This document shows, piece after piece, positions 12,997 through 24,900 of a stretch of DNA of 58,921 bases. Positions within the stretch are counted from its first letter, which is position 1, and each line of letters starts with the position of its first letter. This DNA comes from Catajapyx aquilonaris. Its lineage: Eukaryota. The stretch lies in the NCBI GenBank assembly GCA_000934665.2, contig JYFJ02002333.1:1-58921 (forward strand), read 5' to 3'. The translations under genes and the position numbers were made by a program. Below the pieces are notes generated by a model. That model was not told where the DNA came from. It did not search any database and worked only from the letters and a program-made list of their open reading frames with translations.

Positions 12997-13222
12997 TAAG
13001 TTTTGGCAAGGTGTATTACCTCTTCCTTTGTCAAATCACGATCTTCAAAACCTAAATACTAAATGCATTTTAGGCCCACAATAATTTTACACACATGTAA
13101 TAATGATGGTGATGATAGTAACAATCTCAAACAATCCTGTGATCAGCACGAGAATTTTAATGGTCATAATTTTAGCTGTGTACAAAATTTACAACTCAAT
13201 ATTAGTCTGTCTTTGCCCCAGT

Positions 13223-15465
13223 TCACGTAACTGCTTTTGATTTTTTCAGTTTGCACTTGGTCATGTGCCTGTTTCTTGTATGGGCAGTCCCAAAATGACG
13301 TCCACATGTTCCACATCCATATGGTTTGACTCCCTCATGCAACTTCATATGATCATGAAGTGGAGTGCGAAATGTCTTTCCACACACAGAGCACAGGAAG
13401 GGCCGCTTGCTTGTCTTGCACTTGTCCATGTGCAGTCTCATACATGAGCGATTTGCAAAAGCAATACCACATTGCTTGCATGTATGTGGTTTGTTACCTG
13501 AGTGAGTATTCATGTGATCCTGCAATCCGGCCCGACGTGTGAAACCTTTTCCACATGTGTCACATTTGAACAGGCGTTCCGAAGTGTGGATGTTGCGAAT
13601 GTGCACATTCAGGTTGCCTCTAGTTGAAAAGGAAAGTCCACATGTCCCACACTGGTATGGTTTGTCTTTAGAGTGAACGCGAGTATGTGCTAAAAGGTCA
13701 TGTTTTTTAGAAAACAATTTATTGCAAGACAAACACGTGTGCACCTTTGGCTCAGTGGGTTTTTTGGAAGGGCAACAACTCTGGTGCTTGACAAGGTTGG
13801 CACGTGCTGCAAATGTGCTGGAACAGTATGGGCACTGGAAAGGTTTTTCTCCTGTATGTGAACACATATGTTCTGAGAGAGCCTGGCGTCTTGAAAAGCT
13901 CTTATCACATGTACTGCATTTGTATGGGAGGGTTCCACGATGTCGTCGCAAATGATCACGTAATGAACGGCGTGACTTCAGATTCTGACTGCACTCTCCG
14001 CAAGAGTATTCCTTGGGGTCTTCCACTTGCTCCTGCACTTCTTCAGCTGGCAACTCCCACTGTGGTGCAACATCTTGCACTGCCTCTGTCCTTCTTGCTA
14101 GTGTGCGATGGTACTTGCCCCGTAATGTGTTTCGAGCTGCACCAAGCTTGTCCTCTAAGTAATCCACTGTTTGAACTAGCCTGTAACATCTTCGACACAA
14201 GATATCACTGAAAGCAAGGAGTTCTGGTGAACTTAAACCCACTACTTGTGCCAATTTGGTTAATAAGCATGCTCGAGTTGCGGTTGTGAGCAGTTTTTCA
14301 GACGATAGGACGTAATATGCAGCAGTGTCATCCAGTACAGGTGTTGATGGTGGGCTTGGTGGTGTTGGTGAGAGAACTGGTGTTGGGCACGTTTTAACTG
14401 CTTCATCGCAAACTAAACATTTCACCTCAGGTACTGGTGAGGCTGCTGCAGTGTCTTCCAACCCTTCAATTGAAAGACAAACCTCACTCTCTGGACTGTT
14501 AACAGAAATGACTTCAACATTTGAACTAGCATCCTCTTCATTTCTGTCATTCTCTGCATCTCTTTCAGGCCACATTTGGCCTACCTCCGGCTGCATCAGG
14601 AACATGCTGGATGGATCTTCTAACATCGGCTGAGGGGCCGGGTAGCAGCTCATGCATGAGATGGACCCAACATATCCACAGGATTCATCTGGGCGCCTAG
14701 GTGGGTAAAAAGTGGGCAGTGAACCAGGCCAGCATGATGAGTCTGTTGAATGGTGATATCCAGGTTGCTGTGGTGTCCAGTATGATGTTTGCGATGGTGG
14801 TGGAGGTGGAGGAGGGGGTGGGGGTGGGGGTGGATGGGGTGGAGGAGGTGGAAATGGAGGGAAAAGGGAGTGGAAAAAAGAGGCAGTTGGGCTAGACGGT
14901 GGGGGTGGGGCATTAAGTAGGTATGGAGGAGGTGGCACCTTTGGTGAATTGAATGGAAGAGGGTCCAGGTGGCAGGACTTGCGGTGGGCCATTACTTTAG
15001 CTACCTGTAAATTGCAAAATTCATAAATAAAGTGTGCAGACAAACATATTCTGACAAGTTCTCTGATTTATGTTACTAACAGTGAGATATTTACAATGCT
15101 ACGTAAAATATGCGGGAGAATGCTCAACAGTGGTGTCAGCACTTACTGTAGGTGCTTGCAAATGTTTTTCATATCTCTTTTGCTGAGTCAGAATGCCGAC
15201 TGTGTGGACATTCGATATAGGAGATCGTATGACAAATTGATAATTTTAATTGCGTGGTAAAGGAATGGTTCAAGTAGCATTCCCAAATACAAACCTCTGT
15301 GGTGCCGTAATCACATTGTTGGCAGTGGTAATGCGCAGTGCTGAGGAGGCAGGACACGTACCCGCACATCTCCTCGCAAAAGAAAAGGCATCCCTCTGGC
15401 ACTGAAGCGAAACAAATATCTTTGCTTCCGTGCAGATCAGACGAAACCTGGTTGACGGACGCCAT
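13223..15465 (-). CDS. Zinc-finger protein, ~650 aa: Castor-like N-terminal finger, Pro-rich region, ZAD-like domain, 9 C2H2/C2HC fingers
   Basis: Exons 15465-15295 and 15004-13223 join in phase 0 to give CQQC-x12-H-x4-H. CLVC...CRRC ZAD-like segment; TGEKPF-type linkers. Confidence 0.88.
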
Positions 15466-15923
15466 CTTTCACTGGCTGCTAGCCATAAATTCGGACGCGC
15501 CACATTGCAATGAAACCAAAACCGTACCTTCAATGACATAAATAATATTTCACTACTACATTAAATTAGCACTGATCATATATATTTTATAAACTGTAAA
15601 ATCTTATGTATTGTTCTGAGGGCATTTACACTGCAAGACGGTGCTTATCATGGTTTACAGATGATTGGCCATTCGTAAGTTGTGCCAGCCACGCATGTGC
15701 AGTTTGTGCCATACACCGACAGATACATAATATCCAGTTACGCCACAGGCCACAGATGGGTTATGTATTTGTGGGAGTGGTAAGATCATCGTCGTCTGCT
15801 GGGGCACTGAGGCAAGAAGGATTCGAGCTTGTGTCTGCCGACCTCCGTGTTCCTCCAGGCGAGTGGAGGCTGCTTGAGGAATAAGGAAGACGAACCCGGA
15901 CAGACAGACACGCTCTCCCAAAG
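15466..15923. promoter_or_regulatory. Probable bidirectional promoter (zinc-finger gene / WW-CUE gene)
   Basis: Divergent start codons 458 bp apart. Confidence 0.6.
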
Positions 15924-18900
15924 ATGGATAGGCCGGATCTGGGCCCAATACCTTCCGGCTGGGAGTGTCGGTTCGACACCAGGACGGGAAGATAGTGAGT
16001 ATGGTCAGGGTTGGCAGGGATTCTTGGTGTGTTGATAGTGGCGAAGGGCAGGGAGAGATCTGCAAGGAAGGAATATGGACCATGGATGATATTCGCAGCA
16101 GATGCTGATGATGCTCTTGATGAGTTGTTATTGTGGGAGAGGGACCATCGGGATCGATATTGATTATTGTGGTGGAGGGAGGAAAGAGATTGCCATCCAA
16201 CTGTTTTCTGTGGGGATGGGGAAGAGGGTTATACATCCACACCCATGTCCTTGTGCCCAGTTGGTCCGTAATGCTTCGTTATTTGATATTTTTCCTGCAT
16301 ATGGGTATGATCTGAGCCCACTTGACAGTAATTGTCACATACAGAACTAGCAGTAATTATCACTTTAATAATAATGCACAAGCTCATGAATATGTTAGTA
16401 ATAGATCAAGCATTTTTCAGCTACTTTATAAATCATGCTACTCGAATGACAACGTGGGAGGACCCTCGTCTGCATGGCCGCCCAGGGGTTCAGCCTGTCA
16501 CACAAATCACTCAGCCACATCCAAGCCGAGATCCAAGCACCCAGTTCACTCCTATTGCTGCAGTACATTTGGCCCAGCAGAATGGTATTGCTGTTCAGGT
16601 GAGTACTAATATCATGGAGAGATATCCAATTGCTTCACTAATGCTGGGAAAGTGTAGAGAGAAAAATGCTAACAGCTTTTCAAGATTTGTTGGTTGCGCT
16701 AACTCTCTTGCCTCCCATACTCGATGACTGTTTTGCTTGCCACCAGCCAGGACAGATGGTTTACGACCAGCTCTGGGAACATTCAATCACTGCGCAGGCC
16801 ACTTATAATGTTACTTGCCATCCTTACTCAGCTTATCATGCTGCTTTCCAGGTAAACAGGCATTAATAGGAAAAGAAATGCATGGTAGCAGGTCTCTTAG
16901 AGGTGCAGGTGTCCTTCTTATAGGCTTAAACTACTATCTATGAAACTTCCAGTCATTCTCATTCTCATTGTAATGAGGAAGGCCAGGGGAAGGCAGTGTG
17001 ATTTTTTAGCATGAAGGTGGTTTCTTGCGCTTGACTATAGCATGCGTGTTAATTATCCCTTTCAAAGTTGGGGTCTGACAATAATATAGTGTCTATATGT
17101 GCATGACAAAGTGGTTTCATTCACATCAGTGGAGGTGGTCATCGTCATGCACAGAACTGGCGAGAACAGATAATTGCAAATGGCAACAGTTCAACTTAGT
17201 AATGACAGGTCAAGTCTAGTGCCACGTCATTGGCCATCTCATACTATTTGACAAAATAGTTGGTCTGTAGTTTTTTCCCTCCATGGTAAGACACTCCAAA
17301 TGGCTTCAGACATTTCATGCCTTAAATTATGGCATGACAGTGACTAGCACCTCTGTAACATTACTTTGTTATGTTAATTTAGTGTATTTTGTCCTAAAAG
17401 GTGCTTCCCTGAGATTTGTGGGCTTACTAATTGTGAAGTGCTTTTGCAGTTTTGTAAGAAATAGATAAAAGCTTTGTACTGTATATTAGACTAGTCTATT
17501 CATAGAAATGAACTAGTTGAGCTCACATATCTTTTAGCTACTAGTTAAATAGTCATGTTATTACATATCTTGACTAGTGGTAATCCTAGGTACTTAATTC
17601 ACACTGGAAACTTCAATGTGACAAATAACCTGGATCAAGTACTATTTGCTTCTAATTTTTGCATGCCATGCCCATAGGATGCCCCAAATCGGTACCCAAG
17701 CCCGATTCCAAGCCGCCTCCGCTATGGAGATGTTGCCATCAACTCCTCCGCATCTCAGCAACCTCAGGCACAACCTGATGGCCCTTCCTCCACTTCCTCT
17801 TCACCACGAATTCAAACACATCAGCCTCACCCATACCCAGTCCAGCCCCAAATATCTCACCCATACCCAGTCCAGTCTCAACCCTCTCATCCTTCACCAG
17901 CTCCCAGTCCTCCCCAGCCCCCTCCCAGGACTTCTCGCAGGATGGATTCTTCTTCCTCCTCATCAACCCCTCCTCTTGGGACAGATGTAGAAAGTTCTGT
18001 AGCCAAGATAAGCGCCATGTTTCCCACCGTCAGTGAGGCTCACATCAGGGATCTACTGAAGAAGTAAGTGGAGTGGTAGTATTACAGTTATAGATTAATG
18101 GATCCATATGGATATGACTTACAACTTTACAGCTGAACTTTTATTTGAAACATTTCTGCTGACAAAATTGATCTTAGTTACTGATAAGAGTGATAACGCT
18201 ACACTTCAACACCAAAGATAATTATACATTGACCCTGTAGTAATATCTTAGCACACCATTTTAAACTTATTCCGCAGGAGTGACAAAATGGGTAAGGGTC
18301 CTAACGGAGAAACCCAGGGTTTATGAAGTAGTGCTGTGTAAGATCATTAGGGAGTCAGGTCCATTTTGCCAGCCTCAAATTATACGAGAGTCTTGGTAAG
18401 TTGTTTGATGTTCAGAATAACTTGGATGGCTGCATATTTTTGTACTTGAGATTTAGAGATAGGCTCGCTATTTTTGTCATGTATCGACAGAAGCTCCAGG
18501 CAGACAAACTTGTTATTAATCATTGAAATCCATGTCTTTGTAGTTGGAGAATTGGTTTCATGTTATCAGATAAGGATTTATTGTTATTCAGTTGTTTTAT
18601 TGGAGTTTCACAGCATTACCATCTATGTTACTCACAGAGAAATTATTCATAATAACTAATAACAGCGTCACATCCATTTAAATTGCTTAATTTTAAAAAC
18701 TAGTAACCTGTTGAGTCTGATCTATTTAGAGTGTACAGGGTCACCTGATTATTCATCATCATTGCTATCATTAAGATGTATCTTGGGAAATTATTTTACT
18801 GGAGTTTCTGAGTACAGTACTGTTTTAAAAATTCAAGGTACATCACTTTTGTTGCCATTGTTATTGTGACTTGATTAGTAATGACAACAATGATGATGCC

Positions 18901-21900
18901 AGTCTAAGCCTTAAATCAGTTTTTTTTTGTAGATCTCTGTGTTATTAGGGATTGAGCCAATGCTATTTTAATTGAGGTATGACCATACCTAGACTTGAAT
19001 TGGATTTATTACATGGGATTGGTCTGATCTCAAGTGCATAATGATTATGTGCATTTTTTCCACAGGAACTTTTATTGGATGATGTCATGCCCCCCAGTTG
19101 CATGTGGGAATTTATAAAAATTGTTTTCCCCCATTTTTATTTAGTGGGAATTCTTCTTCCAAGAATGCTGCTGATGTTCCGTTGTTATTTCCCTATGAGC
19201 ACACTTTTTAAATGTAAATGTTGTGTTTTATAATTTATCAGTACAAGAATTTCATTTTTAGGCACTGCTTATGCACTGCAGGTGCCACCTTTTATTCATT
19301 TCTTGACACTATTCATCATTGTTTTATTATTATCCTAGCATGTTTCTTCACCTGGAACTTCATTTTGTTGCAGCCTTTGTGGGGGTGAGTTTCATTTATG
19401 TAGGTTTTTTCTTTCAATTACTACTACACGAACAATTTCTCGTTAAATGTGCATTGTACAGTACACTGTGTGTGACTCAGGACTTTGATTTATGCTGCAC
19501 CAACAGGTACATAGGCTTCATGTAGGCAGTAAAAACAATCATAAGGATTATTTATCATATCAATGATAAATATAATTTAATGTCCTGTTTGCACTAACAC
19601 TGCACTTGTGAAGCATTTGTCCACACCAACACCGTCATGTTTAAACTGCCCCAGTGATGCACAAGATGTTTATGCCAGGGGCAGAAATAAAATGATGGTA
19701 ACAATGCCTCACCTCAGGAACTATGCTGTGATTGTGACATCATTGTATCACAACATTTAACAGTCGGAGATTGACGGACATATAGGAAGAAAATAATTTA
19801 GGACATTGTGCCATCATTTCACATCCTTGGCAGTATATTCCTCTCAGCTGTTTCCATGCCTCATTTGCAAAAATACTCCATATTTGCTAAATGTCAAATG
19901 TTTGAAATACAGCTAGTCCCTGAATTATGTAAGAGGATTGTTCTGCAACATATTTGTAAGTTGAATAACTTGGAACGTGTTGTTTTGTGATACTGTATAT
20001 TGTGCAGTACATTAACCATTAATGTTGGAGTCACTGTCGTATTAAATTGAACCCTTTGCAAGCAGGAATGGATTTACTGCAAGGCCCAGATGCATGGCAC
20101 AAATGTCTGTCACATGTAAACTGAGTGAAGGAATAAGCCTCTATGGGCAGGTTTGAGTTTTCACCATTCAAAAATTAATGCTTTTTTTCACAATTGCCGA
20201 CATATTGCATTACCAATATTTGATTCTGATATTTTTTGTGCATGTCAGAAATTTTTTGCTCTTGGCAGAATGTTTTACTTAAGCCCAAATCCACTGGTGC
20301 CAGAGATATGTAAGTCGAGGATTGTCTGTAGTTCCTTTATTTAAAATTTAGTCTCCACTCTTTCATGGTGTGCAGCCAAAACCTGTGTGGCAGGCATAGT
20401 AAGTGCAGTGTGTGGGTGAACAGACCTTAACACAATCTTCTGGTTGAATGGATTTGCAACTAATGTGGCATGATAATGTCACATCCTGTTTTTGTAGTGT
20501 AATATTGAAAGTCTAGTCACAGGCATTTTTTGGCACTTGCTTTCATTATTTTCATAGCTGTACATGAGTTGAAACAGTGATATGTGTAGCATTATATTGT
20601 ATATTTTGTATATTATTTTTTCACATTGCAACCAAATATTTTTGTTATTAATAATTGATGAAATTTTAAAATAATTTATACTCATGAAATATACCTTAAA
20701 TATGAAAAATGGTGTAAGAAAATATTTTCTACAGATGAGAATTCTGCTGAAGATTTTGTCACAAAGTCTTTAAGCGACCAAAATGTGGCCCAGCTCAAGT
20801 GTGTAAGCCATTGTTTTGGACAAAAATCATTTACTGCTACAGAATAGCCAGAATATTTTAGCTGGAGAATTTGCAGTGCGACAGCAGATGTCATATCTTG
20901 GAGCTACTTTTGAACCCATCTTGTTTCTCTGCCTTTCCCCCAACACCCACTTGCACAGGTACTACTACCGAGAGGCATTGGTTATCAGCGCCCTGCAGGT
21001 GGAAAAGAACCCCATCGCTACCCCTGGCCCTCACAACACCCCTCCCCTAGCCATTCGCCCTAATTTTTATCGTTCCCACCAACAACCACGTGTCACCTCA
21101 TCCCCACCTCCTCCTCCCCATCCCCACACTGTACCTGCTCCGCCCCCACTGACCCCACCACCACCATTTAGTGGGAGCCCCATCAAACACCCCCCCGTGG
21201 TGGCTACAGGGATGGGAACATACCCAGCGCCCCCAGGATATTATGGAGGCTCCCCCCGGCTAGGAGATGTGTTGAGGAGTATTCCCAGGCCGCACTCTTC
21301 GCCTAAGATGAAGCTGAGGTGTGCGGCCCTTCCCCCCTCTCATGGGGTATATGTTATTTGATTCCCCCTCAACAACTCTTGGGGAAAGTTGAGGCCAGTC
21401 TGTGGCTTCAGTGTTTTACTCTTACTTTTTTTTGCCCTTTGTAGCAGTGGATATACAGTACCTCCTCAAATTGTTACTAGTGGCCTCCACTTCTTACGTA
21501 TGGTTTCTTCGCCACCCATAGTTGTTTGATGGAAAGGCTAGTGTCTTGGAATATGCACATGAATTAACAGCATGTCAGTAATGTATGCTTCAGATGAGGT
21601 GAAATTATTGCATTTGAAAATTATGTGTCCGTTGCTATGAGACGCACTTTCAATGAGATAGGATTGAGAAATTTTTCTAGACAAAATGGTAGTAATTTTG
21701 CAGTTCAAAATGAAAGTTTTTAAATTTTCAACATTTGGCATATTGCATGATCACAGCCACGAGCCTTTCCTGCCCCTTTAGGACTTTGGCTTGCTGGTGA
21801 ATGTGTTACTATGTAAGTCCTAAAGAGATGCTCATCCCAATGGTATGGTAGAACATGGTGTTGAGTATGCCCACCCTTTTCCCCCTTCATGAAATTCCCC

Positions 21901-24900
21901 GTCGCAGTGGTGAATGGCAGCAGAAGCATCCTAATCTAGATGTAATGTTATTGTTTTAATTTGTTGGCCCTGCCCTCCAACTCCCCACATTTTTCCTGCA
22001 ATTGGTAGATTGTTGTGTTTTCTTCTTTCTGTCCTTCTATTTTAGTTTTGATTCCGTTGATTCGGTGGAGGTAGATGAAGATGAGTGTTCTGTGGATAGC
22101 CGCGTCAGGTAAGGCCCTGGGACTACCTCCTCCACATTTCCCACTAAACTTGAAAAAAAAAAAATGCACCAATTTACCTTAATCCTGTCACTTTTCACCA
22201 CTTCACAATTGACCTATGGTTACTTTATGCATGCTCTTTGGCCATTATGGTCTGAAAAAACTTATATGCTTTGCATGGCACAACAGTAGATGTAGGTAGA
22301 TTAGTAGTTCGAGTGTTGTTGTTTTACTCTTCAGTGACATCTCATATTAGAAATTATGTGAAGCTTTTTGCCGTCACTGTGAGCAAAGTTTAACTAACTT
22401 TTAAGATTTTGTTCATATTATCCATGTATACAATGAAATTAAGTTGAACTGCACTGCTATGCAAAGTGACAGATGTAAGCACTATCGCTGGCCATTCATA
22501 GTGCGTAACTAAAGTAATGCATTCTAGTCTATATTAATGTGCTTAATCTTTTAATATTTGGACAACTAAATTACAAACAAAATTATTAAAGGCATTTGAA
22601 TGTTTATAACCTGATAGGTAACTGGCAAAACAATGCCAATGTTAACCTCTGTGAAATAATTTGAGTCGCCTGTTAAAATGTAATTTCATTAACACTTACC
22701 ATACTTTCTCAACTCTTTTGAATAATCACAATGGTGGCATGCACTTGAGTGCAAATAAATTTGCAGTGCATTTGCAAATGTGACTTACCATTGCTCCTTT
22801 TGCCAGATACCTGAAGAATGTATTCCCTACTGTGGAAGAGACATTCCTTCTTGATCTGCTTACCAATGCCGACAACAATGTGCAAAAGGCAACAGAGCAG
22901 CTCTTGTCCATGGGATTTGAGAAAAGGGACACCCCACCACCCAGGCTGAGCAACAGGAAGAGAGAGGAAGAGATCAGGGCTCTATTGGAAAAGAGGGCTG
23001 CTGCAATCCCTGTGCCTACCCCACCCCCAAGGCTGAAAACCAGAGAAGAGAAAATTAAGGGTAAGTTTTCTGGTGTGGTTTTATATTTAAAGTATACCAT
23101 GCTTGTTATCAAAATTTTTGGTACACCATTTCTACCCACATCACATAGTCATGGGCCTTTTTGTAATTTTCATTATGTGGCACACTGGATGACTGACAAA
23201 CTTTTTTGGAGTCAGAGGTGTACTGGCTACCTGCTGGTTATAAGACCAGTGATTTTAACATTTTTTGGTGACATTACAAGCCTTGATCTGTTACTAGGGT
23301 GGGTCATATATATTTAATTTGATTTCAATTAAGTTGTGAAATGATTGCATAATGGTAAATGAGACAATTTCCCAAGAATATTATTCATTCTTCATATCTT
23401 TCACTCACTGTCAGTGACAACCTAGGATTGATGTATGCCTAATTTCACATCTCCACAGTGAAAGGTAAACTGACGGAGGAATTTCCAGAACTGCCTGAGA
23501 GAGTGGTGACAATGGCCCTTGATTCAGTGAACTATGAGGAAGACAGGGCCACTCACTTATTGAAGAACATGCAGAAAGAGGCAGAAAAGAAGGAAGAGCA
23601 GGAGGAAGCTGAAGCTGCTGCCATGGACAAGTGCGCATCATTATACATATTTATCACCAGTTTCATTAGTTTCTTATCACCCTGTCAGGTGCACAACAGC
23701 ACAGGTTTGACGTTCCATTTCAAAGGCTTTGCACGCTGTTGCATCTCGAGTACACTGGTGTTACGTGTTTCATGGGATACTATTGAAATGAATTTGATTT
23801 CTGAGAATTAACGAGATGCATTTGTCATTCAGTTGTCATTGGGTATTTGAAATGTAGCATTTCATATATTCTCGACTGGGAAGCCTGTAATACTTGTGTA
23901 CTTAGGTCCAAGCTTAAGCCCTTTTCTCAGATGCTAAACAGCATACCATTATTTGCACTAATCTTCACAATAGTAGTTGGTGAAACTATCGAATATGTGA
24001 GGATAGGGGGTTTTATTTTATGCAGTCATTCCAATGGACTTCAAGAAAAGTTCTATGCAATTGGTGATTAGGAGGACCAAATATACCTTTAAAAAAAAGA
24101 CACCTCGGATTTTTTTGTGCGATTTGTAGGTCAATAATTGCAAAAATATATATAATTCAATATCTCAGAGATTTATGTGAGTGTGCAAGCACAAATAGGA
24201 TATGGCAAGGTCTACTGATTTTTCCAAATTTGATATTACCCTGAGAATGATTTTTTGACCTTCAAATATAAGACATGACTTTTTCCAAATTAAGTTACAA
24301 TGTGTATTCAGTCAGTAACAAAGAACTTACAGAATGGAATCCTTATTTCTACATTTTATTTTTGCTGTATAGCCCAAAATAGTTGCCAGTGGAAGTTTTT
24401 CTGGCTGATGTTTTTACACCATTTCTTGCTTCACAAGGTAGCATCACCTTTAATTTCAACCTAATTATGAGAGTGACACTAGTGCAAACTGTACGAGTAG
24501 GATGCTGCTTTATATTGTTTGATGCATATGAGAACAGGCCTGGCATTACCTGTAAATATAAAAAATTCTGATTAAATAAGGCTTGAATAAGTAGAAATTG
24601 TAGGGTAGTGCAGTAAAAGATGTGGAGAGAGGGTGACAGATGTGGGTGTCCGAACTCCACAGAGCGGCAGAAAAAGCTGTGGCCACCAAGTCCAGCGTGG
24701 AGAGTGCCGTACTACCTGTGCCTTCACCCACTCATAAGGCCTCCCTGCTGAAAAAGACTGCTATAGATAAGGCAGGGAAGGTACACTCACGAAGGCCCAA
24801 GAGCAAGAAGGATGTGGTCAAGTATGTCCAACTCAATGATCCTCTGTTTCCCCAAAGAGGACCACTCTAGAGTTTAAATCTAGGCAATTAGTACCCCATT

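Noticed and set aside
15655..16242. 195-aa minus-strand ORF
   Set aside because: Antisense to WW-CUE exon 1 and its intron; no domain.
17646..17990. 114-aa ORF as the coding frame
   Set aside because: The true exon (17678-18063) uses another frame leading into the CUE motif.
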